DNA of 64,000 nucleotides from Phoronis australis (Eukaryota > Animalia > Phoronida), in the NCBI GenBank assembly GCA_002633005.1, contig NMRA01000251.1, positions 446,636 to 510,635 on the forward strand. Reading direction: 5' to 3'. Positions 36,163 to 48,501 of this stretch are shown here, piece by piece. Below the pieces are notes generated by a model. The model was not told the DNA's origin. It did not search any database and saw only the letters and a list, made by a program, of their open reading frames with translations. The translations under genes and the position numbers were made by a program. Within the stretch, counting starts at the first letter, position 1; each line of letters starts with the position of its first letter.

Positions 36163-36707
36163 TGACCAAACCTAGTACTTGGCAAGATGAAACGAAGTTA
36201 AAACACGCAAAATACTGTACAACTATGGACAATCAGAACTTATGTCTGCTGACAAATGTAAGAATAAGACAAAATACAACCGAGATACATGTGTGCCCTT
36301 AACATAACAATCATCCCAGGTTTAAGCTAGGGATATCCACGTACAATCTTACACAAACAGCATCAGAGAATGTTTCTACAGTAGTTGAAAAGTAAATACT
36401 AAAAGCAAAACTTTTTGATAACGAGCATCACTGACGAATTTAAGTGCAAGTGGTAACTAGTAAACTGACAGTTTTACAGCATCTCAAATAGTAATTTAGA
36501 GCTGCATTTAATATTGCACGCTGAGACTGCATGCAAAACATTTGTCACTCGCTTCTATTTTCCTTAAAATATTTTCAAACTTACAAAATGAAACACTACA
36601 ATGCACACAGATACAAAAAACCTGATTGACTAAAATAAACCTAGATTCAAGCAATGACCAAGAACAGGTGGGGTCAGTGAACTGCCATGCACCACAGATA
36701 GTCTCAC

Positions 36708-36785
36708 CTTGAAATAACGCCCGACTTTCTCATTCTGATACAGGGTAATTGCCTTTGTGTCCAGCCGCCAATAGTGACGTTTTCT
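36708..36785 (-). CDS. PRKD: PRKD exon: PH domain
   Basis: RKRHYWRLDTKAITLYQNEKVGRYFK; 78 nt, phase 0-0. Confidence 0.95.
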
Positions 36786-37431
36786 CTACAAGCAAAGTTT
36801 CAAAATAGTAACAAAACTTGAAGCAAAAACTGCAAATTAATAGAAGGTTAGAAGATTTTTACCAGGATGTCCTGATGTTTTCTTCTCTGATATAAAAATA
36901 ATATGCCTATAAACCCCCCTTCAACCCCAAGTATGCACTAGACACCATTTAAAAACATGAAACTGGTTTTAACTTGTTCCTTGCTCAAATTGGAAAGACA
37001 TGACAGTTCATTTCTTGCTTGAGATCAGGTTAAACTTAAAGTCGCTTGTCATGATGGTTCATTTTATGTGCCGAGCATGGTCTCAAAAAATAAATGAAAT
37101 ATCAGTTCTTTAACAAACCAGAGGTAAAGTCTTATCTGAGCAAGGAACAAGTTGACAGCAGCTTTATAATAAATATAGTAAGTGGTCTAATTCAAAAGTT
37201 CCTACATTTGATGGATGTAGTTTCAAACTGTCATGTTTTTGCTGCCATCCCGAGGCATTACACAATTCACAGGTCACACTGAGCACATAATTGTAGATAA
37301 CAACTTTGTCACCACAGCCATCAAAAATCTATTTCTATTTACAGCAAGCAAATGCTGATATTATTATTGTGTAGTCAGCTCAGTAACATATACCATGATT
37401 TATGTCAATAGCAAGAGAGTGTAGTAATAAG

Positions 37432-38135
37432 TACAGAGTGGTCCTGGCTAGTGAAGTGTACCGTTGAGTTTTGATTCATGCCTAAAGTGGGGTGGGGCAT
37501 GTTGTTATGATTACTGTGTAGTCCCAGTTAGTGAAGTGTACCATTGAGGTTGATTCATGCCTAAAGTGGGAGGGGGTGTTGTTATTACTGTGTAGTCCTA
37601 GTTAGTGAAGTGTACCATTGAGTTTGATTCATGCCTTGAGTGGGGGGTGCTGTTGATTACCCTGTGGTCCTACTTGGTGAAGAGCACCATAGAGTTTGAT
37701 TCAACCCTAAAGTGGGGGAATATTATTGATTACAATGTGGTCCTAGTTAGTGAAGTGTACCATTGAGTTTGATTCATGCCTTGAGTGGGGGGTGTTGTTA
37801 TGATTACCATGTGGTCCTACTTGGTGAAGAGCACCATAGAGTTTGATTCAACCCTAAAGCGGGGGGAATGTTATTGATTACTGTGTGGTCCTAGTTAGTG
37901 AAGAGTACCATTGAGTTTGATTCATGCTTTGAGTGGGGGGTGTTGTTATGACTACCGTGTGGTCCTACTTGGTGAAGAGCACCATAGAGTTTGATTCAAC
38001 CCTAAAGTGGGGGAATGTTATTGATTACTGTGTGGTCCTAGTTAGTGAAGTGTAGCATAATGAGTTTGATTCAAGCCTAGAGTGGGGGAGAGATGTTGTG
38101 ATTACCGTGTGGTCCCGGTTGGTGAAGTGTACCAT
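37432..38135. repeat. Minisatellite with 72-80 bp unit, 9 intronic copies plus the exonic source, alternating A/B subtypes
   Basis: GTGAAG cores at about 37451, 37531, 37605, 37677, 37750, 37824, 37898, 37972, 38045 and 38122. Confidence 0.93.
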
Positions 38136-38229
38136 CCAGCCTTCACGAATGATCTTGGAGCCTGTTCTCTTGGTATGCTTCACTGATTGCACAATACGCA
38201 TGAGAGGAATCTGACTGCTTGAAGTGGGA
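38106..38229 (-). CDS. PRKD: PRKD exon: start of PH domain
   Basis: [42 protein letters not shown], containing the PKD signature [14 protein letters not shown]. Confidence 0.95.
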
Positions 38230-39082
38230 CTGAAACATGGAAAAGAAGTATTTTATATTTGTTGACACACAATAAATAGTATGCATACAAAACTTAATTC
38301 ACATATAATATTTCAATGATATCGGCCATGACAGATGGTATGAAGAATACCACATTTGACCGTAATGGTCAGATTGTTATAAACACCTCCTGGTTACAAG
38401 CATTAGCCTGCATTGACCCTTGAAAAAAAGAATAACAGAACCTCACCTTTACAATACATTTAAAGAACAAGTCAAACAATGGTTCAGATAAACAGAAATT
38501 GAATTCATGGATGAGCAGTGACCAAGTCTTGGGGAGACTTAAATGTCAAGATGACCGAGTCCATAAACTCAACTTCAATATGTCATGCTGCGATGTTATG
38601 ATATTTATATGCTCTTCAATGAGAAATGTCAACATCTTAGTGTTGTTTACAATGGAACACAGTTAGACAATTGACTATGTTACACAGTTATGTTGTCAAA
38701 ACTCCTGACCTAAATTGTTGGTTGATTTGTAGATTTTAAATATGACAAATTTATAATACTCAAGATCAATATAAATGTACACTGTGGGGTATTCCTCCGG
38801 AGAGTAAGGCTGTAACCCATTTACATGACGCAAACTGGAAAACAATAAACTCACCGTAGAAGACAACTGCAGGAAGATCTGGTCTCATTAAGGTTCGTTA
38901 GTGAGACTCTTCATGTATTTTTTGTTTAATGTATCATGTAGCCATAGATGGTTTGTGCATATTTTGAGCCAATATACACTGTGCACTACATTGTAACGTG
39001 ATGACCGAGATTAAAATAAAAATACAAAATAAGTAACTTGTGGTCTGTTCAGAATTTTTTAACAATGAAAGATGCGTGACAC

Positions 39083-39218
39083 CTGAGCGGGGGTTTCTGC
39101 TGCGTTGGCTCCTCATTTTCATTCTCCACCGACTCCTCTTCTTCCTCCAGCTCTGAAATCTCAGTCGAGTCAGTGTCCAAGTTGCTGTCAATCTCAGAGT
39201 TGAAGTCGAGGAAAGGAT
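39083..39218 (-). CDS. PRKD: PRKD exon: acidic region
   Basis: DPFLDFNSEIDSNLDTDSTEISELEEEEESVENENEEPTQQKPPL; phase 1-2 fits both neighbouring exons. Confidence 0.8.
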
Positions 39219-39969
39219 CTATAAGAGAAGTTCGGAAGGCCACTGAAACGAAATAAGTGCAGCATACAACACCAAGCAACGGCATGCAAGCAGTTATGGA
39301 AGAGGCAGAGAGGGAGGGTCAAGGGTCAAGGAGCGGCAGGCGACTGTAATTAGCACTACTAGCAGTTAATGAGGCAATTAACTTCAGTTCAAAATAAAGT
39401 TTTAGATATATGGAAACTTCAAGTATAACGTGTGGCTATGAATGATTCGATAATAAAAAGGACCCTCCTTCTGACATCTGAATAGACTGAGAGTAGAAAG
39501 CAGCATGGGAGTGTTCAAGTGATCAAGAAGACGCAAGATTACCAAAATTCATTCATATGGGATAGCCCTTGCTTCACTAGCGACACCTGGTGAATTTTCA
39601 GTTCCATGATTAAATCAATATTTAAAAATACTTGTCTTAATAAATGATCATAAGCGACTTTACACACAAACTCAATTTATACAATCAAAGTTTTTGGTTC
39701 CTAAAAACAATAGGTCAGTTCGTAAATGCTCATTTGAGCACCCGCATACAAACAATTCACTTGCTATTAACTCTAGAAGACACATTGTTCGCATTCTCAC
39801 CGGATCTTTATGTAATTCAGGCATACAAAGGGCTAATAAAAAAATAATTGCAGGCAGCCTGATACACATTGTACCAGACCTGCACAGGCCACGCATGTAG
39901 GCCCATTGCACTGATCCCATGGAACCATTTTTATGCTTTATTAATATAATTATGGTTAAAACTGACCTG

Positions 39970-40070
39970 AGGAGCTAGAAACCTGACTCAATGGTTTAGC
40001 AGTGTGACCCAGTGGGACTCAAACCCACGACCTCGAGTAAAGAAAACTGGCACTTTTCACACTAGGCCGC
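39970..40070 (-). mobile_element. tRNA-derived SINE head fragment
   Basis: Minus strand GGCCTAGTGTG (box A-like) ... GTGGGTTTGAGTCCCAC (box B-like); no intact cloverleaf. Confidence 0.4.
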
Positions 40071-41333
40071 ACTTCTTCCTCACATGAACCAGCTACACAG
40101 ATCTAACTCCCTGGTCATTCAACCAAAATTGGCAGTTCACGTGAACACTCATTCAAAAACATTTGCTTTTAAACACCCAAGGTTGGCTTCCAGTTATTCA
40201 GGACACCAGGAAAATTCCAATTTTGTAACATCGTGATCGGATTCCTATGAAAGTTTCTATCCAAACATGTTAATCAGGGAATAAAATCCTGTATCCAGGT
40301 AAGAAGTGGATAAGCATCACAAAGCAGCTTGTGCGTCTCAGGAACATGCGAGTACTGTGAAATTTGTACCCATGAAATTGTATTAAACCCCAACCTTAAC
40401 CCAAAACTTAAAAGAACACTCTATCTATAAGCGCGAGTCATTTTATCAGCTTACAACAATGTTACTGTCAACACCGACCATTACCTGTTTCCCCTCCCTC
40501 TGTATCTGATCGTTGCTATTTTTAGTCATGTTGTCCAATGGTCATGTTCAGTACATCAATGCACTACGAAACGATGAGGTATAATACATTTTTTATCTTG
40601 TGCTACTTAATGTCAATGCCCTTCTGGGTTTTTTGGAAGGTGATGGTGTTATTCCACTTGTTTGCATGCAAAAAATACACTATCACACCTACAAGGAACT
40701 GGGCTGACACACATGACCAGATGACATCAGCATGGGTCACTGACTTACATTATGTTTAAGTATTTGTTGACAACAGTGCCACATGTGGTCATATTCGAAT
40801 AACAAAAACAAAAACAAACCCAAAGTAATAATAGAGCATACCCTTAACCCTGGCCCTAACCTTAGACCTAGACAAAACCCTAACCGTAACCACTACCCTA
40901 CAATACAGACAGTTCATGAATGTTGGAACTAATAACATTTCCCAATGTGCATGTTACTCTGTGTAAGATCCAAGCCAGCAGTGGTTAAAGAAGATTATCG
41001 TGGAAATACAACGTTCATTTAATGTGAGTGTGGATTATGCATTGGCATGCTAAGTCAGTGCAACTAATACTTTTATACCAAACCATGCAGCAGGCACACA
41101 ATCTCAAGTGGGTGAAAACCTTACAGAAGTTTGAATCTGTGGACAACAAAGAAACAAAGTTAACGTACAAGATACGAAAACCTAAATGTGTCAAAACTTA
41201 AATGTTAATCAGTTGTTGCTCAGAATGAATATTTAAATGACTTTGCACGATCAGTTTGTCATAGTTAGCCGAACAAGTGAAGCAAATCTATCACTTCTAC
41301 ATGACAAACAGTTTCAGGTGTGAACTGCCTTAC

Positions 41334-41408
41334 CTCCAAATCGCGCCTCCCCTTGACAATCCTTAGCAACGAGGGGAACACACTTCTTGTGACAGTTGAA
41401 CTTACAAT
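41334..41408 (-). CDS. PRKD: PRKD exon: C1b C-half
   Basis: DCKFNCHKKCVPLVAKDCQGEARFG; 75 nt, phase 1-1. Confidence 0.92.
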
Positions 41409-41416
41409 CTGTGAAC

Positions 41417-41446
41417 ATACAATACAATACAATACAATACAGTACA
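41417..41446. repeat. (ATACA)n microsatellite
   Basis: ATACAATACAATACAATACAATACAGTACA, 6 nt from the C1b exon acceptor. Confidence 0.85.
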
Positions 41447-43151
41447 ACGTAACACTCACTTCCATCACCACTTCCTACAATGGAGCAGCCATAACCCTAC
41501 TGTAGCATACAGTATACAGAAATGACTTAGCACATCAATAAAATTTTACATCATCCAAAATATGTTCCAAATCTAATATTAGCTAAATATCATACTACTT
41601 CATTAAAAAAAATTACAATCACAAAAATTGTTATTGTGGGCTTCCTTCATACGACGTGACAGTTATACACTCTTATGAAAGTTGAGTTTGAATGTAAAAT
41701 GAAGATGACAACCATAAAACGTACAACTGATATCATTTCCATTCACTAATTCACCAATCACCTTTTTGATTTCTTGAAAATGCACAATTCACACTCAAAA
41801 TACAGAGCTGGGTAGTAGAAGTGCCCCCTTCTGGCACAAACCTCATCCAAAATCAAGCAAAATGGTTTGAAGAGAAAGTTTAGTGCAAGTAAAAAAGTAC
41901 TTAAGTATGCATGCCAATGTCATCCGTTGCTCATGTCGTATGACCTGTTGTCATAATTATGTTGTCTGCTGCTATTCGTCATCTGTTGCTTTACAACACC
42001 TATTTCCTTGAATCACAACTACCCGATGAATGATTCAAAATCAAAACAGAAGCTGTTTGTACGTCTTCCGAGAGGTTACCCATCAATTTCAGCGATCGCT
42101 AAAAACATCCTAACACTGAGCTCTGCTGAAATCACCAAAATTTTTGGAGTTCATTTAATTTTCTTGTATTCCGTGAAAATAATCCGGAAATCAGTATACC
42201 AGTACAAAATGGCGCCCTGATGGTTAATTGGAAAAAGTATGCACATGTTGTGGTATTTTTATCAATGGAAAATATTGGACGATAATTAAGACATGATGCC
42301 GATACGTTTCTTTATTCTCCGAGGCCCAAAACTCATTAAGGCCCTTGAGTCGTGAACCATTTTGTTTTTTTGATTCTGAGCATTGGCACGACATGTAACT
42401 TTGAAATTTCTAATTGTCGTCTGCTCACCACACTCATAAAAATACCTAGAGACATTGCTGGTCACCATATGAATCAAGACACTTTGTTAGATGTAGGTTT
42501 TTAAATGTAATCGATTTTACTGAATACAAGTTTTTGAGTACTTTCAATACAACCTTTTAATTATACAAAATGTTGGTTAGACTGAATGCAAGATGGCTCA
42601 GGGGATGTTTATGCAATATGTCAAACTGTCGCAGGGTTGATTTAGATTTGTGAAGCCACAGAATTAAAAAATTAATTCTAGGTCCTTAGCGGTAAATGAT
42701 GGCAATCATATTGAAATGTCTGAGTGTATACACAAAATACATAACAACTGTATTTAATTAAACTTGGATTAATATCCAAATGAACTCAGATTGTTGTAAG
42801 CACTAATCGCTCTTTTGAATGGCCTTACTACCCACATTCCAGTCTGAAGAAAATGGTCACAACTCAAAAGCCTGAAACAAAAGGGCAAACGAGTCAGTAT
42901 CGTACCAAAAACTGTGACTGTACATTGAAAACCACATGTTTGCAGTAATTGATTTATGTCAAATATAGCATATAATCAGATAGTGGAAGAATTCAAGGCA
43001 TATGATAATCAAGATATTTCAGGCTTTTGATCACAACTTTAGGCTCCCCTTGAACGCAAACACTGCAATCCATTGCACAGTCCGTTGCACAATGCAGCAT
43101 TTAGAGAAACCATAAAGTGGTTGACTGGACGCTAATCAGTGACCAACTGAC

Positions 43152-43374
43152 CTTTGCACTGAACCCCCTGCCTGAAGAGTCCGCGCAGTAGTTTCTTGCA
43201 GTGCTGACAAATGGTGGGCCGTGTATAGTTGTGCAAGATGAACGTGTGCGGCACCTTGATGCGACCCGCGTACTCCTTCTCCAGCCATATAGGTCGGCCG
43301 CTCCATGATTTTGACCGACTGTTACGTGACAGACTGCTAGTATCCGACGAGATGGAGAGAGAAGACAGAAGAGG
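43152..43374 (-). CDS. PRKD: PRKD exon: linker and C1b N-half (copy B)
   Basis: Same peptide as 47549-47771, with 2 synonymous differences seen. Confidence 0.85.
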
Positions 43375-43939
43375 CTAGAAAAGATGGAATGTTGATCGCT
43401 CGTTAAATCCTACATTTTGCGACATTTTCTGCTTGTGTGAAGCAGCTATAAGCCTTTGTTACTTCTAGACCACTAGATGCCGATATAAAATTGGTCTCAA
43501 TTAGGTCTTTACTCAGACGAGGTGTGAGTTTTGAGACTGCAAAAAGCTGAAAATTCATTATTCCTTGAGATTATGCTCACCACAAATTAAGACAAAACGT
43601 GATAAGCCAACATGTGGGGTCAGGTCTTAAGACCTACCAAACTATGAGTTCTTTCCAAACCATGAAATCACATCCAGTTTGACAAAGGAACAATGTAAGA
43701 CCAACTTCCTAGCGGTAAATGGTCTAAACCAAAATTTTGTTTCTTAATAAAAGACAGGTCAGTAGTCCACTCTAAAGTATTTTTGAACAATGTCTATCTG
43801 TGTGAAAGGATCAAGGAAGTTTCTTAAAAGATTGCTGATGTCTCTTAATTCTCCATGAAATAAGATTATTTACTGCTAAGCAGACTACCTGACTTCACTA
43901 GCATTTAGTCGACCTCTGACTTTGTGTGATCTAGTTTAC

Positions 43940-44100
43940 CTGGTCAGGAACCTCCAAAGTTGAGCCAGTGGACCGTGGTAGAGTGAACGCCTGACCTCCG
44001 CTGTTGGGCGATGATGTAGAACCCCTTCTAGAACCCCGGTCACGTGAGCAGTTATTGGGAATCCTGTAGGCGCAACGTTTATGGAAGTTGAGTCCACATC
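43940..44100 (-). CDS. PRKD: PRKD exon: C1a C-half (duplicate copy B)
   Basis: Same peptide as 48341-48501, with 4 synonymous differences seen. Confidence 0.85.
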
Positions 44101-47100
44101 CTGAAATAAGCAACAGGGACGTTGTTATGAATGTGATGTATGGTTGATACACAGATGTTGTACTTGATGAATTATTCAGAGTAAACATTGGTTTGTGCTC
44201 TTGTTCCCAGGTCCAATTTACATTTATTTCAAACACTTGTCAGACATAGTTCTTGTCATTAAGAACACTAACTGGCACAAGCGAAGCAGCGCAAACGCCA
44301 CAGAGTGGTGAGCATGGAAGGTTCTCAACCTAAAGGTCTAGACTTGCACTTCTAGCTACTGCGGTCATATAGTTTGTGTCTGACTGGGATTCATAAGTGA
44401 GAGTCACTCTTGACTGCCAAGTAACCTACAATACACCAGCATCCCTGACCAAGAGATTACTACAGAGCACTGTTTCATATACTCTACAGAACCTAGTGTT
44501 ATCAGACAGCCCAATATGAGTGGCAGTTATAACTGGTAAGTAACCTGCAATACACTAGCATCTCTGAACAAGAGGTTATCAAAGGGCGCTACCCTGTCCA
44601 TACACCCTACAGAAACCAGAGTTAATAGCCAGCCCAATGAACTTGATGGCAGGTGAAAATTTTTCTTTACTCTGTTGTGTTTGATAGAAACAAGGATGTG
44701 CATGGACACTATGACCAGACTATAACTAAACACAAGAATAATTCACCCACGCAATAACTGAAACAGCAACACCAGTCCCAACCCATAACTACATACATTA
44801 TCTACAAACTACAGATATTGGCTACATTAATTGTCTTCGACAATTCTGCCGTGCCAGTCAGCATAGGCATCTGATTGGTTCTCTACTTCCGGCTTTTAGA
44901 CCAATCAGATGTCTCAGCCAGTTGAACCGGCGGAACCGGCCAAGTCAATCAAGTGAAGTCATTGCTATGGTAACCTTCTTCAATTTAGCACACAATACAG
45001 TGGACAATAAGAAATTTTTATATCACCAATAGCATTATTTGTACCGCACACTTACACACTTAAATAAAATTTTTGAGCATTTGAACATGTAATAAGCCTT
45101 TAAAAATGGAAAATTTTCACAATTGCATGTTTTTGTACAAGATCACAGTATGATTATAATTTCTACAAATACCAAACCAGAGCCCTACATTAACAAGTTT
45201 CTTCCAATATTATCACCAATACATTGTGCATGAGCATGAAATATCAACTGCAGTCAGCTTTAATTGTTACGCTGAACCTTATTAACTATGCCAGGCAAGT
45301 AGTATGATGAGAAGACTGTCCATGACCTCATTAAAGAACCATTGTTTTTGCAAGACAGTTTAACACAAGACTTCACCTACTCCTGCCAATCATGTCAATA
45401 CCAAGAATAATAAAAACAACACACTGGCTTAACTGACAGCATTGAGACAATGAATCAATTAATAGGCTAACCTACATACTAAAAGGTTGAACCTGACCAG
45501 GATACAGATACAGCATCAATGTGCTTTGTCACCACCTCGTCAGTGACATCAAATCAATTTAAAACACAAGACCCGTTTTATCAAGATGGCTAATAACCAG
45601 TGAAGTCTTTTTGCAGTTGTCAGACCCAGTGTATTTTAATGATGAGTTAAAGACATAGTCATGGCGTGTAATTATGTTTTTAACCTGCCAACACACAGTG
45701 TCTTAAAGTAGAACTTGCAGGCTAATTGCGTATCTCTGTGATTGCTTGGCCAAATTAGTTAGAAAAACAACAAATAGCAATGATATTAATATGAAGTAGG
45801 TTGAAAATTACCAAATGTTTTTAAGAATGAGTTTTGTGGCGAAAATGATCCACCGCAAATCACTGAACCGTGTACATAACACTTCANCAGATACGTCATT
45901 GTTTTCACATGTACAAGTTGTCAATGAATATAGCTGCACTTTGTTTAGTGTAGATGATGTTCAAATTGCATTTCATTATCATTTAGTTCCTGCTATACAT
46001 TGGCACAGTTAGGAGAATCCAAATACATCTTTAACAGGGTTTTAAAGCAATTTATGTCAAAGCAGACCAGTCTCCACCATGTGAAGTGAAAAAAATTTCC
46101 TCATCTTTCCCAGTAAACTCTACAATTCTTCCTACAGTAAAAATAGCTTTGGAAGCAGGATCGTCCAGGGATTTACATTTCAGTTACATTGTTAATAAGA
46201 CTGGTAGACAAAAAGTAAACTTTAAGGTGTCTAAAATTGAGAAGATGTTAACATAATTTGGGCCTCTGCAAAATTGGAAATAATGGCAATAATTTTTGCG
46301 CCAAATACGTAATGAATGATCACATCTGAGTGACCACAAAATTAGCCAACGAGGACGGACGTATCCAGCTAAATAAATCGAGATATGAAACGTCCATGAT
46401 GTTTGTAAGGCTATCCAACTCATTAATGACCACTGTCTGACTATTGATATGACCTGATTCAGTTGTTGTATAAGCCAATAAAGTCAACACACATAGAGTG
46501 TTGCTGAGTTGTAGCCAGTGTGTGGACAAGCCATGATATCGTCATATTGATGAAGGATACAAAGCAAAGACAGCCAGGGTTAGAATGCGAAAAGAGATAC
46601 ATGACTCTGACCAGCAACTTGTGCATATCAACAAATAAAGATGAATTATATTCTGATTACCTGGCTAAAAAGGAAATTTAAGGTTATCTTCAATCTTATT
46701 CACAAAAAACGGCCATTTTTACAACATTTCACATGTATCTAGTAAAATACCTTATCTTCATTCTCAGTGAACTTCAAATACAAAATATATACTGCGTAGC
46801 GAGAAAAAAGATTTAACAGAACCACCTTGGAACCGCACAACCGCGTGGACATTTGTTTACTACTTATCCGAGGTCAAAGGTTTAAGGGCTTTCAATCAAA
46901 TCGAATCTCCCGCCAGGTACAAAACAGCCTTTCATTCACAAAATTGCCATAACATTGAGTAAACGAGGTGTACTTATGGTAGAATGGTGCCGGGGAAAAC
47001 AAAGACAAAACGTAGTTTTGATCCTAAATGAGTTGTGCGTCTACATGCATACGACCGTTGGCGTTGAGAACGCATGCTACTGTTGCCTAAGGCCTCCGTG

Positions 47101-47548
47101 GTCATGAAGACAGCAAGTTGTGAAAAGAGATAAATGCTCACCCTAACTCCTTCATTCAATTACTAAATTGACATTTCAATGTTTCGGTCTCGAGCTAAGG
47201 ACATGCTTTAACCACCGATTCGAATTTTGTTATCCATTTCTTACTTGGTTTCGTATCAAGTCTCCCAGCACGTGACGTGTANAACAAAAGGGCAAATGAC
47301 AGTCAGTATCGTACCAAAAACTGTGACTGTACATTGAATACCACATATTTGCAGTAATTGATTTATGTCAAATACAGCATATAATCACATACTGGAAGAA
47401 TTCAAGGCATATGATAATCAAGAGATTTCAAGCTTTTGATCACCACTTTAGGCTCCCCTTGAGCGCAAACACTGCTATCCGTAGCACAACGCAGCATTTA
47501 GAGAAACCATAAAGTGGTTGACTGGACGCTAATCAGTGACCAACTGAC

Positions 47549-47771
47549 CTTTGCACTGAACCCCCTGCCTGAAGAGTCCGCGCAGTAGTTTCTTGCAGTG
47601 CTGACAAATGGTGGGCCGTGTATAGTTGTGCAAGATGAACGTGTGCGGCACCTTGATGCGACCCGCGTACTCCTTCTCCAGCCATATAGGACGGCCGCTC
47701 CATGATTTGGACCGACTGTTACGTGACAGACTGCTAGTATCCGACGAGATGGAGAGAGAAGACAGAAGAGG
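47549..47771 (-). CDS. PRKD: PRKD exon: linker and C1b N-half (copy A)
   Basis: ...[52 protein letters not shown]; 223 nt, phase 0-1. Confidence 0.9.
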
Positions 47772-48340
47772 CTAGAAAATATTGAATGTTGATTGCTCGT
47801 TAAATCCTACATTTTGCGACATTTTCTGCTTGTGTGAAGCAACTATAAGCCTTTGTTGCTTCTAGACCACTAGATGCCGCTATAAAATTGGTCTCAATTT
47901 GGTCTTTACTCAGACGAGGTGTGAGTTTTGAGACTGCAAAAAGCTGAAAATTCATTATTCCTTGAGATTATGCTCACCAAAAGTTAAGACAAAACATGAC
48001 AAAACAACATGTGGGGCCAGGTCTCAAGATCTAGCAAACTGTGAGTTCTTTCCAAACCATGAAATCACATCCAGTTTGACAAAGGAACAATGTAAGACCA
48101 ACTTCCTGGCGGTAAGTGGTCTAAACTAAACCAAAATTTTGTTTCTTAATAAAAGACAGATCTGTAGCCCACTCTAAAGTATTTTTGAACAATGTCCATC
48201 TGGGTGAAATGATCAAGGAATTTCTTAAAAGATTGCTGATGTCTCTCAGTTCTTCATGAAATAAGATTATTTACTGCTAAGCAGACTACCTGACTTCACT
48301 AGCATTTAGTCGACCTCTCACTTGGTGCGATCTAGTTTAC

Positions 48341-48501
48341 CTGGTCAGGAACCTCCAAAGTTGAGCCAGTGGACCGTGGTAGAGTGAACGCCTGACCTCC
48401 ACTGTTGGGCGATGATGTAGATCCCCTTCTAGAACCTCGGTCACGTGAGCAGTTATTAGGAATCCTGTAGGCGCAACGTTTATGGAAGTTGAGTCCACAT
48501 C
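48341..48501 (-). CDS. PRKD: PRKD exon: C1a C-half (duplicate copy A)
   Basis: GCGLNFHKRCAYRIPNNCSRDRG...EVPDQ; 161 nt, phase 1-0. Confidence 0.9.

Noticed and set aside
37432-38135. Repeat array superficially like CRISPR
   Set aside because: Whole units are homologous with no unique spacers, there are no cas genes, and the context is a eukaryotic intron.
39990-40070. Possible tRNA gene
   Set aside because: Only box A/B-like remnants with no acceptor stem or cloverleaf; treated as a SINE fragment.
40840-40900. Telomere-like CCCTAA variants
   Set aside because: Short and degenerate, and inside a probable MITE (about 40457-40939); not an interstitial telomere array.
42828-42871. Acceptor/donor-like pair after the C1b N-half exon (possible poison exon)
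   Set aside because: It reads G-F-stop in phase 1 and has no homology; there is no way to support it without RNA data.
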